Below, piece by piece: positions 46,172 to 55,616 of a stretch of DNA of 55,699 bases. This stretch comes from a virus (taxonomy: Duplodnaviria > Caudoviricetes). The stretch lies in the IMG/VR virus record IMGVR_UViG_3300032087_006210, positions 1 to 55,699 of that record; one strand, 5' to 3'. The notes below the pieces were generated by a model, which did no database searches, had not been told where the DNA came from, and saw only the letters and a program-made list of their open reading frames with translations. Numbering within the stretch: the first letter of the stretch is position 1; each line of letters starts with the position of its first letter. The translations under genes were made by a program, and so were the position numbers.

Positions 46172-46356
46172 ATTCTCGCACTACTGTTAACTCTTGTGCT
46201 ATCGCTAGTCGTAACAATGTATCCTTCTGAGCGCAAAGTTTTAATATAATTTTTAATAATATTTGCAATATTAGTTTTTGATTGATCTTGATGATATGCT
46301 ACTTCTTTTGCAACTACATCATAAATGTCTACCAATCTGATTCTAGGTTTCCGCAT
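46126..46356 (-). CDS. Hypothetical protein
   Basis: 76 aa; 3' end overlaps repeats. Confidence 0.45.
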   Translation of the reverse strand: MRKPRIRLVDIYDVVAKEVAYHQDQSKTNIANIIKNYIKTLRSEGYIVTTSDSTRVNSSARIVNHLSSKTYEKKVF

Positions 46357-46390
46357 TGTTTCAAAGTAACTTTAAAGTAACTTTAGCAAC

Positions 46391-46621
46391 TTATTTATCG
46401 TTCGTATTTGTATAGCTTTGCGCTTTTACGATGCGATATTCGTGGAACTCTTTGAATTTGTCAACGTATTTTTGTGCGTCCTTTCGATCTTCAAATGAAG
46501 CGTCAGGCTCAGTACCGTTTACATCCATAACGTAATAACGATAATCAACATGATCGTGATGCTTGTATTTGATTTGAGTGCAACCAGTAGTCAATAGAAT
46601 CGCGGCTAACAAGTATTTCAT
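46391..46621 (-). CDS. Lipoprotein
   Basis: MKYLLAAILLTTGC. Confidence 0.6.
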   Translation of the reverse strand: MKYLLAAILLTTGCTQIKYKHHDHVDYRYYVMDVNGTEPDASFEDRKDAQKYVDKFKEFHEYRIVKAQSYTNTNDK

Positions 46622-46634
46622 ATTTTTAAAAAAT

Positions 46635-46853
46635 TTATTCTTCAACAGTTTTTTCGATGGGCCAAATACCATCAAAATCCATCGTGCCTAATTCTTCGTA
46701 TCCTTTGCGTGTTTCGCGCAAAAATGTAACGAGTCCAGAAACACCTTGAAAACAATCAAAATCTTTTATCGCCACGAATCCTCTCTTACCGTGTTCAACG
46801 GTGATTCGTGCGTGAGTAGTGCCTTTTGGCCTTTCGAGTAAGTTCAAACTCAT
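46635..46853 (-). CDS. Hypothetical protein
   Basis: Leaderless after TTGACG-16-TAAAAT. Confidence 0.6.
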   Translation of the reverse strand: MSLNLLERPKGTTHARITVEHGKRGFVAIKDFDCFQGVSGLVTFLRETRKGYEELGTMDFDGIWPIEKTVEE

Positions 46854-46894
46854 GCGGAAATTTTATCAATCAGTTTTTGTTCGTCAAGCACTTT

Positions 46895-48076
46895 TTATGT
46901 ATTTATTCCATATACATGATTGTATGCGGTATAAACATCATCTTTCTTGTCAATATTTTTTAAAACTTCTGGCTTTTCTTGTTTTTTGGGTTGCACTTTT
47001 GGTTGTGGCTTGGGTTGTGGCTTGGGTTTTACTTGAGCTTTGGGGGCAATCTGCTTCTTACCGTGTATTTCTTCTTTCCAATTTTGCAACTGTTCAATCG
47101 CATAATCTTTCGCCTTTAGCTCGATCTCCCATGCAATCTCCATATCGTAAACAGGAATATTTTCGGCGGCATAATCAGAATGACTACGAATATTATCTTC
47201 TTTGCCCCAACTAAAATGAAATACTGGAACATTCTTTTTCCACGTTCCAGCAAACGCACTTACATTTTGTTCTTGTGTTACAATTTGATCTTGAAAAACC
47301 GTTGGATTACAATGGTCATGTAAGTTGTCATAAGTAAGAGGGAAAAAATGCTTATGCTGAGTGCCGCAATAATTATGAAAATACATGAATAAATTGCCGC
47401 AATTCCAGCATCCTTTATCTTCGTTTTCAACGACAAGTCTTTTTTGTACTCCTTCATCACATTGTTTGAATCCCTCATAAAATCTGTCAACTATTTCACG
47501 CAAATTTTCTTCTGTTTCATCTTTTGTTTTTGTGCTTGGATGAATTGATACGCTTGGATGTATGTTGATTGGTGCTGAGTAATCTTGTGGCAGACCGATC
47601 ATGTCAAGTATTTTTGCGTGGAAATTTAATTCTCGTATAGTTTTTTGAACAACATCGCTTCTTTTGCTCGCAAGTACGTTGAATTGGTCTGGATGTATTG
47701 ATATTGAAATGCCATGCTGTTTTGCAATTTGTCCGATTGTTTTTAGCTCGGCTACAATAGAATTGTAATTATTAAAATTTTCTATTGATAGATTCAAAGT
47801 TGTGTCCGTTATCAACGGGAACAACTTTGATGATAGTCGATAATGAAAAATATCATTGATAGCGCAATGCTTGAGTATTTGCTGAGTCAAACGAATATTG
47901 TGGATGATACGTTCCTCCAGTAAATACTCGGCACTAAAATTACATTTGCCATCAGCATATTTCTTACGCCAATCCAAAAAACTTTTACGAGTCATTGCTC
48001 GAAACGCAAGAGTCTTGTCTTGCTTTTTAAGTTTTTCTGAAATGCAAACTAAACCGTATGTGTATTTGTTGTCCAC
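46895..48076 (-). CDS. uvsE: UV damage endonuclease UvsE
   Basis: YRLSSKLFP, SIHPDQFNVLAS, LVVENEDK, YDNLH, SHSDY, ELKAKDYA. Confidence 0.92.
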   Translation of the reverse strand: MDNKYTYGLVCISEKLKKQDKTLAFRAMTRKSFLDWRKKYADGKCNFSAEYLLEERIIHNIRLTQQILKHCAINDIFHYRLSSKLFPLITDTTLNLSIENFNNYNSIVAELKTIGQIAKQHGISISIHPDQFNVLASKRSDVVQKTIRELNFHAKILDMIGLPQDYSAPINIHPSVSIHPSTKTKDETEENLREIVDRFYEGFKQCDEGVQKRLVVENEDKGCWNCGNLFMYFHNYCGTQHKHFFPLTYDNLHDHCNPTVFQDQIVTQEQNVSAFAGTWKKNVPVFHFSWGKEDNIRSHSDYAAENIPVYDMEIAWEIELKAKDYAIEQLQNWKEEIHGKKQIAPKAQVKPKPQPKPQPKVQPKKQEKPEVLKNIDKKDDVYTAYNHVYGINT

Positions 48077-48088
48077 GGCAAAACAATA

Positions 48089-48727
48089 TCATACTTTCCA
48101 ATCGAGCGCAAGTGAAATGTTTGGAAAATGTTCTACAAAAATATCTTTGCAAGCATTTGCTATGTCACGATGTTCTTTTTGCGTGTCCTCCTGCGAACGC
48201 AAATCAATATAATGAACCCATGATCGTATTGTGCCGCTCATATACATCGTAGTTTCTGTCGTGAGTGGTAACAATAACCTTGCTGATTCTTTTGCTACTC
48301 CAAGTTTAATGGCTTGATTGTATAGTGAAACTGATCGACCTAAATGCTCACGAACTTTTGCTAAAAATAAACCATCAGTAAATTCGTCGGTGCTGCTTTG
48401 CCTATTTTTTTCTGCTTGCTTTCGTAACTGGACTTCCTCCAAGTCTTGAGCGACAGAATATCTCTGGCTAAATTCTTGAAAACTAAAGCTGCGATGCCGT
48501 AAAATTTGAGCGGCAATCGCTCGACTTGTCTTGATTTCAAGCGTCATACTTGCCATTTCAAATGGCGACCAATGCTTATGTTTAATTAAATATTTTAATA
48601 ATTTTGGTGCAGTAGCAGTATTATTTTGATTTGATGGGTTGCTCACTCGCGCACAATAAGCAATCAAATCTTCACAATTCATACTGTCATCATGCGGTTG
48701 TGTAAGTGATACGAGTTTTACATTCAT
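48089..48727 (-). CDS. thyX: FAD-dependent thymidylate synthase
   Basis: AYCARVS, HWSPFE, RHRSFSFQEFSQRY, ESARLLLP, QKEHR. Confidence 0.97.
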   Translation of the reverse strand: MNVKLVSLTQPHDDSMNCEDLIAYCARVSNPSNQNNTATAPKLLKYLIKHKHWSPFEMASMTLEIKTSRAIAAQILRHRSFSFQEFSQRYSVAQDLEEVQLRKQAEKNRQSSTDEFTDGLFLAKVREHLGRSVSLYNQAIKLGVAKESARLLLPLTTETTMYMSGTIRSWVHYIDLRSQEDTQKEHRDIANACKDIFVEHFPNISLALDWKV

Positions 48728-48906
48728 ACAGTATTTAGGTTAATCTCATCTAAATTTTTCTTCAACCATTTACGTCTTTGATTATAGTCTTTTTTATTAA
48801 AAAAATCCTCTACAATTTCGCGTACTTTATTAGTGGGAATATTTGCCCTGACAACTACCTCATTCTGATTAGGAATGTCGTAGTGGATTGGAATATCGAA
48901 CTTCAT
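48724..48906 (-). CDS. Hypothetical protein
   Basis: 60 aa, ATGA overlaps. Confidence 0.5.
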   Translation of the reverse strand: MKFDIPIHYDIPNQNEVVVRANIPTNKVREIVEDFFNKKDYNQRRKWLKKNLDEINLNTV

Positions 48907-49046
48907 CGACCTTGGCCTCTGTACGGTTTCTGGTAGTTTTTGCTACGCTTTTGTGCTGATGACTTATTCTTCGCATGACGACCTTTCATATTCTTCTTAT
49001 CGTTTAGCGACCTTTTGATTGTTGATAATGATTTTTTACCTGCCAT
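48903..49046 (-). CDS. 47-aa basic peptide (not in ORF track)
   Basis: MAGKKSLSTIK...KNYQKPYRGQGR. Confidence 0.55.
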   Translation of the reverse strand: MAGKKSLSTIKRSLNDKKNMKGRHAKNKSSAQKRSKNYQKPYRGQGR

Positions 49047-49052
49047 ATTTTT

Positions 49053-49340
49053 TTAAATTAAATCTGCTTCGTCTATTTCTATAAACCTTAAAAGTTCTAA
49101 AATTTTTGATTGACCTTTTTCTGAACCCATGAACTCTATCGGCATTTTCTCGTCTAGCCCTGAGTTTGGAGTGAAGAACCATTCTCCAATATAATCTTCA
49201 TATTCACCTTCAAATACTTCGCAACATTCGTTTACAATATTTACAAATGCGATCAGATGATTCTCCAGAATATTTCGTAAAAGTTCAACTTTTATATCTT
49301 TATCTACCATCTGTTTCCTAGTAATACTTTTTCCTGCCAT
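49053..49340 (-). CDS. MbcA/ParS/Xre antitoxin C-terminal-domain protein (DUF2384-like)
   Basis: EVFE...EWFFTPNSGLDEKMPIEFMGSEKGQSKILELLRFIE. Confidence 0.65.
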   Translation of the reverse strand: MAGKSITRKQMVDKDIKVELLRNILENHLIAFVNIVNECCEVFEGEYEDYIGEWFFTPNSGLDEKMPIEFMGSEKGQSKILELLRFIEIDEADLI

Positions 49341-49864
49341 CGTATCAAATTTCGTTGGAATTGAATAATTTTTTTAAATAATTTCCTGACTGGTTTTTCT
49401 GGAGTAGGTTGCGTTTGAACAAGCTCTTGCTCTTTTATTTCTTCAAGTGCTATCTGCTTGATCTCATACAATTTGCCTTCAAGAAAAATAGCCTCAAATT
49501 CAAGCCAATATTCTTTACCTTTGCTTAATTCAACATTGGTATAAAACTGCAATGAAGTTGGAACTTTTGGTGCTGGCTCAAGCCAAGGCTTACCGTCTGG
49601 TTCCAAAAATGGAACATCGGCCCATGATTTTTTGCCGCGATATTTTTTAGGGTCAGGTTCTTTATATTTCTGCCTTCGGACATACAACTTGCCATTTACT
49701 GCTATTTTGAAATGTTCCATACAATTATCTAATGACTTTGTTTGGAACTGAATCTCTTTCCAAGAAAACTTTTTATTTAAAGCGGCAACTTGCTTGGAAT
49801 TTACTTCATCATTTGCCTTTAATGGCAACTTACGATGAACCTCTACTGTATCAAACATACCCAT
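49304..49864 (-). CDS. Phage hypothetical protein
   Basis: MGMFD...FQTKSLD...WLEFEAIFLEG. Confidence 0.7.
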   Translation of the reverse strand: MGMFDTVEVHRKLPLKANDEVNSKQVAALNKKFSWKEIQFQTKSLDNCMEHFKIAVNGKLYVRRQKYKEPDPKKYRGKKSWADVPFLEPDGKPWLEPAPKVPTSLQFYTNVELSKGKEYWLEFEAIFLEGKLYEIKQIALEEIKEQELVQTQPTPEKPVRKLFKKIIQFQRNLIRWQEKVLLGNRW

Positions 49865-49879
49865 GACTCTAATAATATC

Positions 49880-50071
49880 TTAATCAAAAGTAAATTCTAT
49901 ATCTCTTTTGATCGTATCTCCGAAATAAGTGATATATTGTTCTTCAATATCTTCATCACTCATATTGTTATAGCCTTTACATCCATCCATCAAAATAGAA
50001 TGTGTCGAGCTAAAGTCTAACAAGTTCATTTCTCGTTCCGCTAAAGCGGTTTTCATTTCATCTATTGACAT
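49880..50071 (-). CDS. Hypothetical protein
   Basis: Likely start MSIDEMK; GCKGYNNMSDE. Confidence 0.55.
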   Translation of the reverse strand: MSIDEMKTALAEREMNLLDFSSTHSILMDGCKGYNNMSDEDIEEQYITYFGDTIKRDIEFTFD

Positions 50072-50084
50072 ATTTTTAAATAAA

Positions 50085-50543
50085 TTAGTATTGTCCATAT
50101 ACTTTGCCATACATTTGTTTTGCTTCGTATTTAATATAATCCAATATTTGCGACATTTCAATCAACGTCATGTCCTTTGGTGCTTGCCCATTAAAAATAT
50201 AACCCCTCTCCTTGGCTCTAGGTAAATTGACTATCAGCTTTGACTCTGGATAAGACCATTGGTGCTGATTTCCAAAGTGACGGTGCTGAATATCCCCATA
50301 AAAATAAATGCTGATAATGCCCTGCTTCATGTTGTTCGTCCTGACCGTGACTCCCGCTGGAAAGTCCTCAGTTTTACCTTTCGGAATTTTTTGAGCGTCA
50401 GGTATGTTCGTATTACGTTTGACTTCTGAATTAGTCTCCCAGTAAATTTTCTCCTTCATCTTGTCTACTGAATTTTTCATATCGGCGGCAAATGTAGGCT
50501 GATCTTCATTGTAAAGCAAGTCTTTCATTTCAAATTGATTCAT
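50085..50543 (-). CDS. Hypothetical protein
   Basis: Likely start MNQFEMK, downstream of rIIB terminator. Confidence 0.55.
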   Translation of the reverse strand: MNQFEMKDLLYNEDQPTFAADMKNSVDKMKEKIYWETNSEVKRNTNIPDAQKIPKGKTEDFPAGVTVRTNNMKQGIISIYFYGDIQHRHFGNQHQWSYPESKLIVNLPRAKERGYIFNGQAPKDMTLIEMSQILDYIKYEAKQMYGKVYGQY

Positions 50544-50626
50544 ATATTTTAAAAAATTTTCGTATGCGTTGTTTTTAGAAAAGGGAGGATGCGCGGAGCG
50601 CACCCTCCCCATGTTGTTGCTATGTT

Positions 50627-51448
50627 TTAGAGATTACCAACGATCTCGCTGTATGCCGCATCGTAACCAGCATCGTAGCTTTTCTTATCGTAGTCCTCGT
50701 CCTCGGAATCGTCGTAGTATTCGTCGCAAATAGTGTCGGGCATCTTCGTCTTGAAGTGATCGACCACTTTGTATTTGCACGTTCTCAACTTCTGACAATC
50801 GCAGTCATTGGGAACCGAAACTACGTCTTGAGGGTCAATCTCGACAACCATCAAGTGACCTCCATTACCGAACGACTCAGCATAGTCCAAGCTACCAGCA
50901 TGGAAACCATGTGAACAACCTATTTGAGCGTCATCGCAAACATTGTTGCGAACCATTTCCAAAGTCTCTCCGACTTTGTTGCTAAACTTGCCGCTATACC
51001 AATCGGTATAATCGTCCTGAACTGCCTTGTATGCCAAGAAGTTGCCGTCTGGCGTAAGTGGCATTGCCTTATGCTCAAGGAAGCTATACAACTCATTTAC
51101 GGCACGACGAGAAGGATTACTCATCAACTTGTCAAAGAACCTGACAAGTGGCTTGAACGGCAAACCTTCTGCCATGAAGTGAAGAATCTTATCCACGCAA
51201 TAATTGTGAACTCCTTCACCCTTGTAATAAACCAGTCCATCTTTTACAGAGATATTACCTTCTGAATAATCTGCAACTGCTTTACTCGTATCGAACAACT
51301 GTTCGACTCTCTCATAATCCTCCGCTTGTAACGCATCAGTAGCGGCACGAAACGAGGGATTGTCTCCATTCATTGTTAACGATTTCCCGTTAAGAATGAC
51401 CGTTAGACTTTCGTTTGTCAGGATATATGGTATCATATCTTTCTCCAA
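50627..51448 (-). CDS. rIIB: rIIB-like protein
   Basis: TPDGNFLAYKAV..DY, CDDAQIGCSHGFHAG, DVVSVPND..KLRTCKY; follows rIIA; start may be 51436. Confidence 0.88.
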   Translation of the reverse strand: MEKDMIPYILTNESLTVILNGKSLTMNGDNPSFRAATDALQAEDYERVEQLFDTSKAVADYSEGNISVKDGLVYYKGEGVHNYCVDKILHFMAEGLPFKPLVRFFDKLMSNPSRRAVNELYSFLEHKAMPLTPDGNFLAYKAVQDDYTDWYSGKFSNKVGETLEMVRNNVCDDAQIGCSHGFHAGSLDYAESFGNGGHLMVVEIDPQDVVSVPNDCDCQKLRTCKYKVVDHFKTKMPDTICDEYYDDSEDEDYDKKSYDAGYDAAYSEIVGNL

Positions 51449-51458
51449 TAATTTACAC

Positions 51459-53822
51459 TTACTTGTTCTTTTTACTCACAACCGTTACGTCAATTAAATT
51501 AACGTATTCAACAACTTTTGTCCACAATTTTTCTATCTTTTTCGTATTGTAGGTATGGTAATCTACTGCTGATAGTAAATCGTAGCGTTTCATAACTTGC
51601 TCTACCAAGTCAAATAAATTGTGAGTAGGCTTGAAGTCCAACTTCTCAATGCGTGAAGCTAAATCAATATTCAACTCACGATAAGAACCTCCATCGACAT
51701 TACTCAAAACCTCCAACTGCTTTTCTTGATTTTTAGTTGGACGCATATCATTCCAAGCGTTCAAATACTTTTTCATCAACGAATCCTCAACAACAATTTT
51801 ATCTAAATATTTTTCAAAATTATTGCTCCTATCCTCTTGTCTGCCAAAGTCGCGCCTTTGATTTACAAGGTCAATGATTTCAAGGTCTTGCTGACGAACG
51901 TATTGATAATGCGCTTTAAGATGCTCAATGTCTTTTATCAACTGTCCAGTATTGTTGCGCTTAACAAAGTCGAGCATTTGCTTGTAACCCCACTCAGACA
52001 AAGTTGTCCAGTTGCTCTTGTTTTGAACCTTATGCACCGATTTAGACTTGAACGCATAAATCTTGGGCATGGGAACATTAAGATATTTATTTAAATTTAA
52101 AATAAATGTTTTGATAGCGTGAGGATGCGCTTCCCGATTACTTGCATCAAAGTCAACCCAAAATCTGTCAAGCTCAACATAAATACCGTCCTCAACTTCA
52201 TTCAAATTAACTGCTTCGGCCTTGAAAAATGCACTCCTTTGATTCTCATACGAACCTTTATCACAACCATAATCAAAAATAAATTCAAGACTTTGATGCT
52301 TTTTCTTATCAGCAGTAACACCGTGAGAATTAACATTTGCAGTAGCGGAACGAGGATAAATTGTAGTCAATTTAACCGACTCCAACTCAGAGATTTTTGC
52401 CATTGGTGCGTCAAAATTCAAATCTTTCACGACTTGATCTTTGTTTGGCCCAAAATTAACGAGATAAACCGCATCATACTGCTTCATGTCAGATGGGCGA
52501 CCATCATAATCCTCCAAGAGTGGAGTGATACGATTGAACATACCCCTCTCCAAATTTATATCGTTCTCTACGATTAAAATTTTCTTGTTTGGTTGTGCCG
52601 TTAACTTGTTTTCAATTCCGCTTTTTACACGTTTACCTCTCGCGTTGTAACGATTGAAATAACTTGGTTTAGCATAAATGTGGCATGATGCACCTTTGGC
52701 TTGGTTATTGGAAAAATCAAACCATGAATTAGATAATTTTTTTCCATTCCAAACAATTTTGTCCTTTTTGACAATGTTGCTCAAAGTATATCCAAAACCT
52801 CCATGAGAAAATGTGTTAGCAAATAAATTCTTTGCCTCCCACAATGTTTTGCAATTAGCAAAACTCTCAGAAAGAATTTTAGGTAAATCAGATAAAACTT
52901 CGTCAAGTCTTTTCTTAATCTCTAGCTGAGTAATATCGGTATATTGCAATGCCTCACGACTTGCGGCAACTTCTACCGTACCAATCGGCACATTTAAAAT
53001 TACGCCGCAAGAACTTAACATTTGAACACGGGCATCTCCATAAGGAAGATTCAAAGAACTCCGCTCAAGAGGATATGCGATGTTGCCCATGACCACAAAC
53101 GAGTCAGCACTTTGATACTGCACGTTATTCGTAATCTGCCAACTCTTATCTTTAGCTTCAATTAAAATCTTTTTAGGATTGAAGTTGGACTGCAATTCTT
53201 CCGAACTAACACCGACAATTTCTGGAGTAACCGCAAATCTTTCATAAAGGCTAAATGCCTTTTCTCTGAATGCGTCTACATCATCAACCGAAACAGGAAT
53301 GGAAATCTTGATGCCTTGCGGCTCATCTGAATCTACTTGCTCCATCTTGGCAATGCGACCTACCTTTGAAGGGTCAAGGAAAGCATTGTAAACAGTTTTT
53401 TTACCGTTTATCCATGATGTAATAACAAAATTATCACCATAGGCAAACCCACTTTTTGAACCCAATCCAAGTTGACCAATCTGCTCATTGGTTCCTCTCT
53501 TGGTGCTTTCACCATACATAGCGTAGATTTCACCAATCTCACGCTCAGTCAAACCTCTGCCAAAGTCACGAACCTCAAAATTTAAATTTAACTTTGTTGG
53601 CAATGTGACTTGGATTGGAGTGTCTTGATTTCCGAACTCGGCATGAGCGTCCAAAGCATTTGCGCTATACTCACGAATGACTGCAAGAATCTTATCAGAG
53701 TATAACTGATTGCGAAGGACATTGAAGATATGGGCCAAGCCACTCTCTTTGATGCCGAAAGAATAAGAAGTGAAGTCCTCAGACTGCTTCAACGATTTTG
53801 TATCAACTGCTTTAGTAATCAT
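51459..53822 (-). CDS. rIIA: rIIA-like protein (GHKL ATPase N-terminus)
   Basis: LYSDKILAVIREYSANALDAH, RDFGRGL, YGESTK, GQLGLGSKS. Confidence 0.88.
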   Translation of the reverse strand: MITKAVDTKSLKQSEDFTSYSFGIKESGLAHIFNVLRNQLYSDKILAVIREYSANALDAHAEFGNQDTPIQVTLPTKLNLNFEVRDFGRGLTEREIGEIYAMYGESTKRGTNEQIGQLGLGSKSGFAYGDNFVITSWINGKKTVYNAFLDPSKVGRIAKMEQVDSDEPQGIKISIPVSVDDVDAFREKAFSLYERFAVTPEIVGVSSEELQSNFNPKKILIEAKDKSWQITNNVQYQSADSFVVMGNIAYPLERSSLNLPYGDARVQMLSSCGVILNVPIGTVEVAASREALQYTDITQLEIKKRLDEVLSDLPKILSESFANCKTLWEAKNLFANTFSHGGFGYTLSNIVKKDKIVWNGKKLSNSWFDFSNNQAKGASCHIYAKPSYFNRYNARGKRVKSGIENKLTAQPNKKILIVENDINLERGMFNRITPLLEDYDGRPSDMKQYDAVYLVNFGPNKDQVVKDLNFDAPMAKISELESVKLTTIYPRSATANVNSHGVTADKKKHQSLEFIFDYGCDKGSYENQRSAFFKAEAVNLNEVEDGIYVELDRFWVDFDASNREAHPHAIKTFILNLNKYLNVPMPKIYAFKSKSVHKVQNKSNWTTLSEWGYKQMLDFVKRNNTGQLIKDIEHLKAHYQYVRQQDLEIIDLVNQRRDFGRQEDRSNNFEKYLDKIVVEDSLMKKYLNAWNDMRPTKNQEKQLEVLSNVDGGSYRELNIDLASRIEKLDFKPTHNLFDLVEQVMKRYDLLSAVDYHTYNTKKIEKLWTKVVEYVNLIDVTVVSKKNK

Positions 53823-53892
53823 AGCAACGAGAAAAATCTAGCAAGCATTGAACTCATCGTCAACCCCTTTCTGCAAAAAAAGTGAAAAAAAT

Positions 53893-53921
53893 TTTCAGCC
53901 CTTGATTATCAGTAACTTACG
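53893..53921. repeat. Further copy of the 29-bp palindrome family
   Basis: TTTCAGCCCTTGATTATCAGTAACTTACG upstream of rIIA promoter. Confidence 0.5.
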
Positions 53922-54427
53922 ATCTTTACTGAGGGACTATCCAAAGGCAAAAAAGCATTTTCTCTCTCGGTTGTTCCCTTATGATCGTTGCAACTATACA
54001 TGGTGCGAGTCTTGCGTGATTCAACTGGAATTGTCCATGCTCCTTTGTCATCTGTAATCTTGAAGCTAACAATCTTTTTCTCGGAGGGTAAATTTAAAAA
54101 AACAAATGATGGTATTTGTTTGATAAAGCTAATCTCTCGTAAATTGTCAATTTTTGTTTTGGTGATTAAATATTTGTTGCCGTAATTATTTTTAATAATT
54201 TCGAGCTTGTAAGGTATTTTATCTCTGCGATTAACGTATGGACGGCATTTGATTTCTGCTACTCCAAATAATTTTTTGTGATTATATATCCAGCAATCTT
54301 CTGCTTGAGTATCTTTTTTGGAATGAATAAAATCTAAACTTGGATATAATTTTTTTAAAATATTTGTAGTCTCATGTTGTGCATGAATAAAAGTGCGCCC
54401 TCTACTTGTATGACAATCAAGACTCAT
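53909..54427 (-). CDS. PD-(D/E)xK nuclease-like protein
   Basis: EDCWIY...VAEIKCR. Confidence 0.55.
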   Translation of the reverse strand: MSLDCHTSRGRTFIHAQHETTNILKKLYPSLDFIHSKKDTQAEDCWIYNHKKLFGVAEIKCRPYVNRRDKIPYKLEIIKNNYGNKYLITKTKIDNLREISFIKQIPSFVFLNLPSEKKIVSFKITDDKGAWTIPVESRKTRTMYSCNDHKGTTERENAFLPLDSPSVKIVSY

Positions 54428-54592
54428 CTATTTCCTCCAATTCTTTTAATGCAGCATCAATTTCTGCTTCGGTAGGATACCTCATTTTGTCTTTCATGTC
54501 TATTGGAATTTCTCCCAACCAACATACTGATCTATTATCGCTATCGCACTCGCCTTTGCAGGTATCGTTGAAGCAGTATTTGTTTTTACACA

Positions 54593-54931
54593 TTAAGGTT
54601 TATTATATCTTTTTGGTTCTTTTTTCTTCAACCATTTAATCGAATTAACTTCGTAGCCAGCATTTTTTACTAATCTCTTTATTTCGCTAGGATGTATTTC
54701 TATGCTAATATATTCAACCAAGCATATCTGCTTCTTTGTGTCAAATTTAATTTGTTTAATCAGCTTGGTTTTTTTTAAATTATTTTTAATTCCGATGGCG
54801 CAACTAGGGCAAACCAAACCATTTATTTTAATTTCTACGTCAGGATTAAAATTTTTTCCATATAATAATAATGCAGACGACAATAATAAAATTGCCGTTA
54901 ATAAAATTTTATTTGGCGTTTTTTTGTTCAT
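54593..54931 (-). CDS. Exported heavy-metal-associated (HMA) domain protein
   Basis: Hydrophobic N-terminus; INGLVCPSCAIGI...VKNAGYEV. Confidence 0.8.
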   Translation of the reverse strand: MNKKTPNKILLTAILLLSSALLLYGKNFNPDVEIKINGLVCPSCAIGIKNNLKKTKLIKQIKFDTKKQICLVEYISIEIHPSEIKRLVKNAGYEVNSIKWLKKKEPKRYNKP

Positions 54932-55169
54932 AAATAACCTCGTAATCTTCTATGATAGAATTATATAATAATTTATCTATTGCTTCTTGTATATTAGATT
55001 TAATTTCTTCGTCTGGCGCATCTTCTACTTGGAGTTCAATATATCTTCCTACGCTAACTTTTTTTAAATATTTGATGCCCATGCCTTCCAAATTTTTCTG
55101 AACGACCGCACCTTGAGGATCGCAAGTATTAGCTTTAGGTTTGGTCATTACTCTAGCTTTGATAATCAT
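54909..55169 (-). CDS. purS: Phosphoribosylformylglycinamidine synthase subunit PurS
   Basis: DPQGAVV...VSVGRYIEL...KLLYNSIIEDY. Confidence 0.88.
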   Translation of the reverse strand: MIIKARVMTKPKANTCDPQGAVVQKNLEGMGIKYLKKVSVGRYIELQVEDAPDEEIKSNIQEAIDKLLYNSIIEDYEVIYEQKNAK

Positions 55170-55375
55170 ATTTGGTAGTCTATATAATATACACCATTGT
55201 TCATTGACTCAATGAAACTTTCTATTGTATATGGAATAAAATTTTCTTCTATTAGTTTCATCTCACGCGCGATAAATTTATTTGGCGTTTTTTCTTTCAT
55301 AATTGGAGCCTCGCGCGGCACGAAATTATTTGGCGTTTTTTTATTCACTTTTAGGTCGCTCATATTCTTCGTCAA
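55166..55375 (-). CDS. Hypothetical protein with internal KTPN repeat
   Basis: KKTPNNFVPRE / EKTPNKFIARE. Confidence 0.4.
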   Translation of the reverse strand: MTKNMSDLKVNKKTPNNFVPREAPIMKEKTPNKFIAREMKLIEENFIPYTIESFIESMNNGVYYIDYQI

Positions 55376-55616
55376 GAAATTCTTCTCTCATTTTAATGCT
55401 TGAAGCGAATGAAGTTAAGCAACCATTTAAATAATCAGCCAAAACATAAGCTGGAACATTTAAAGTTTTATTGAGGTCGCATTTTGCGACCAGTTCCTCC
55501 AAGCCCTGAATAAATGCGACTTCGTTTTTTGCGTTTTTTTCAATATATTTGTCTAAATCGTCTTTCTTAACTTTTTCTTTACAATTCCTTCTCCACAAAG
55601 CTAACAAGTTGTCCAT
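55341..55616 (-). CDS. Hypothetical protein
   Basis: LNVPAYVLADYLNGCL. Confidence 0.55.
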   Translation of the reverse strand: MDNLLALWRRNCKEKVKKDDLDKYIEKNAKNEVAFIQGLEELVAKCDLNKTLNVPAYVLADYLNGCLTSFASSIKMREEFLDEEYERPKSE

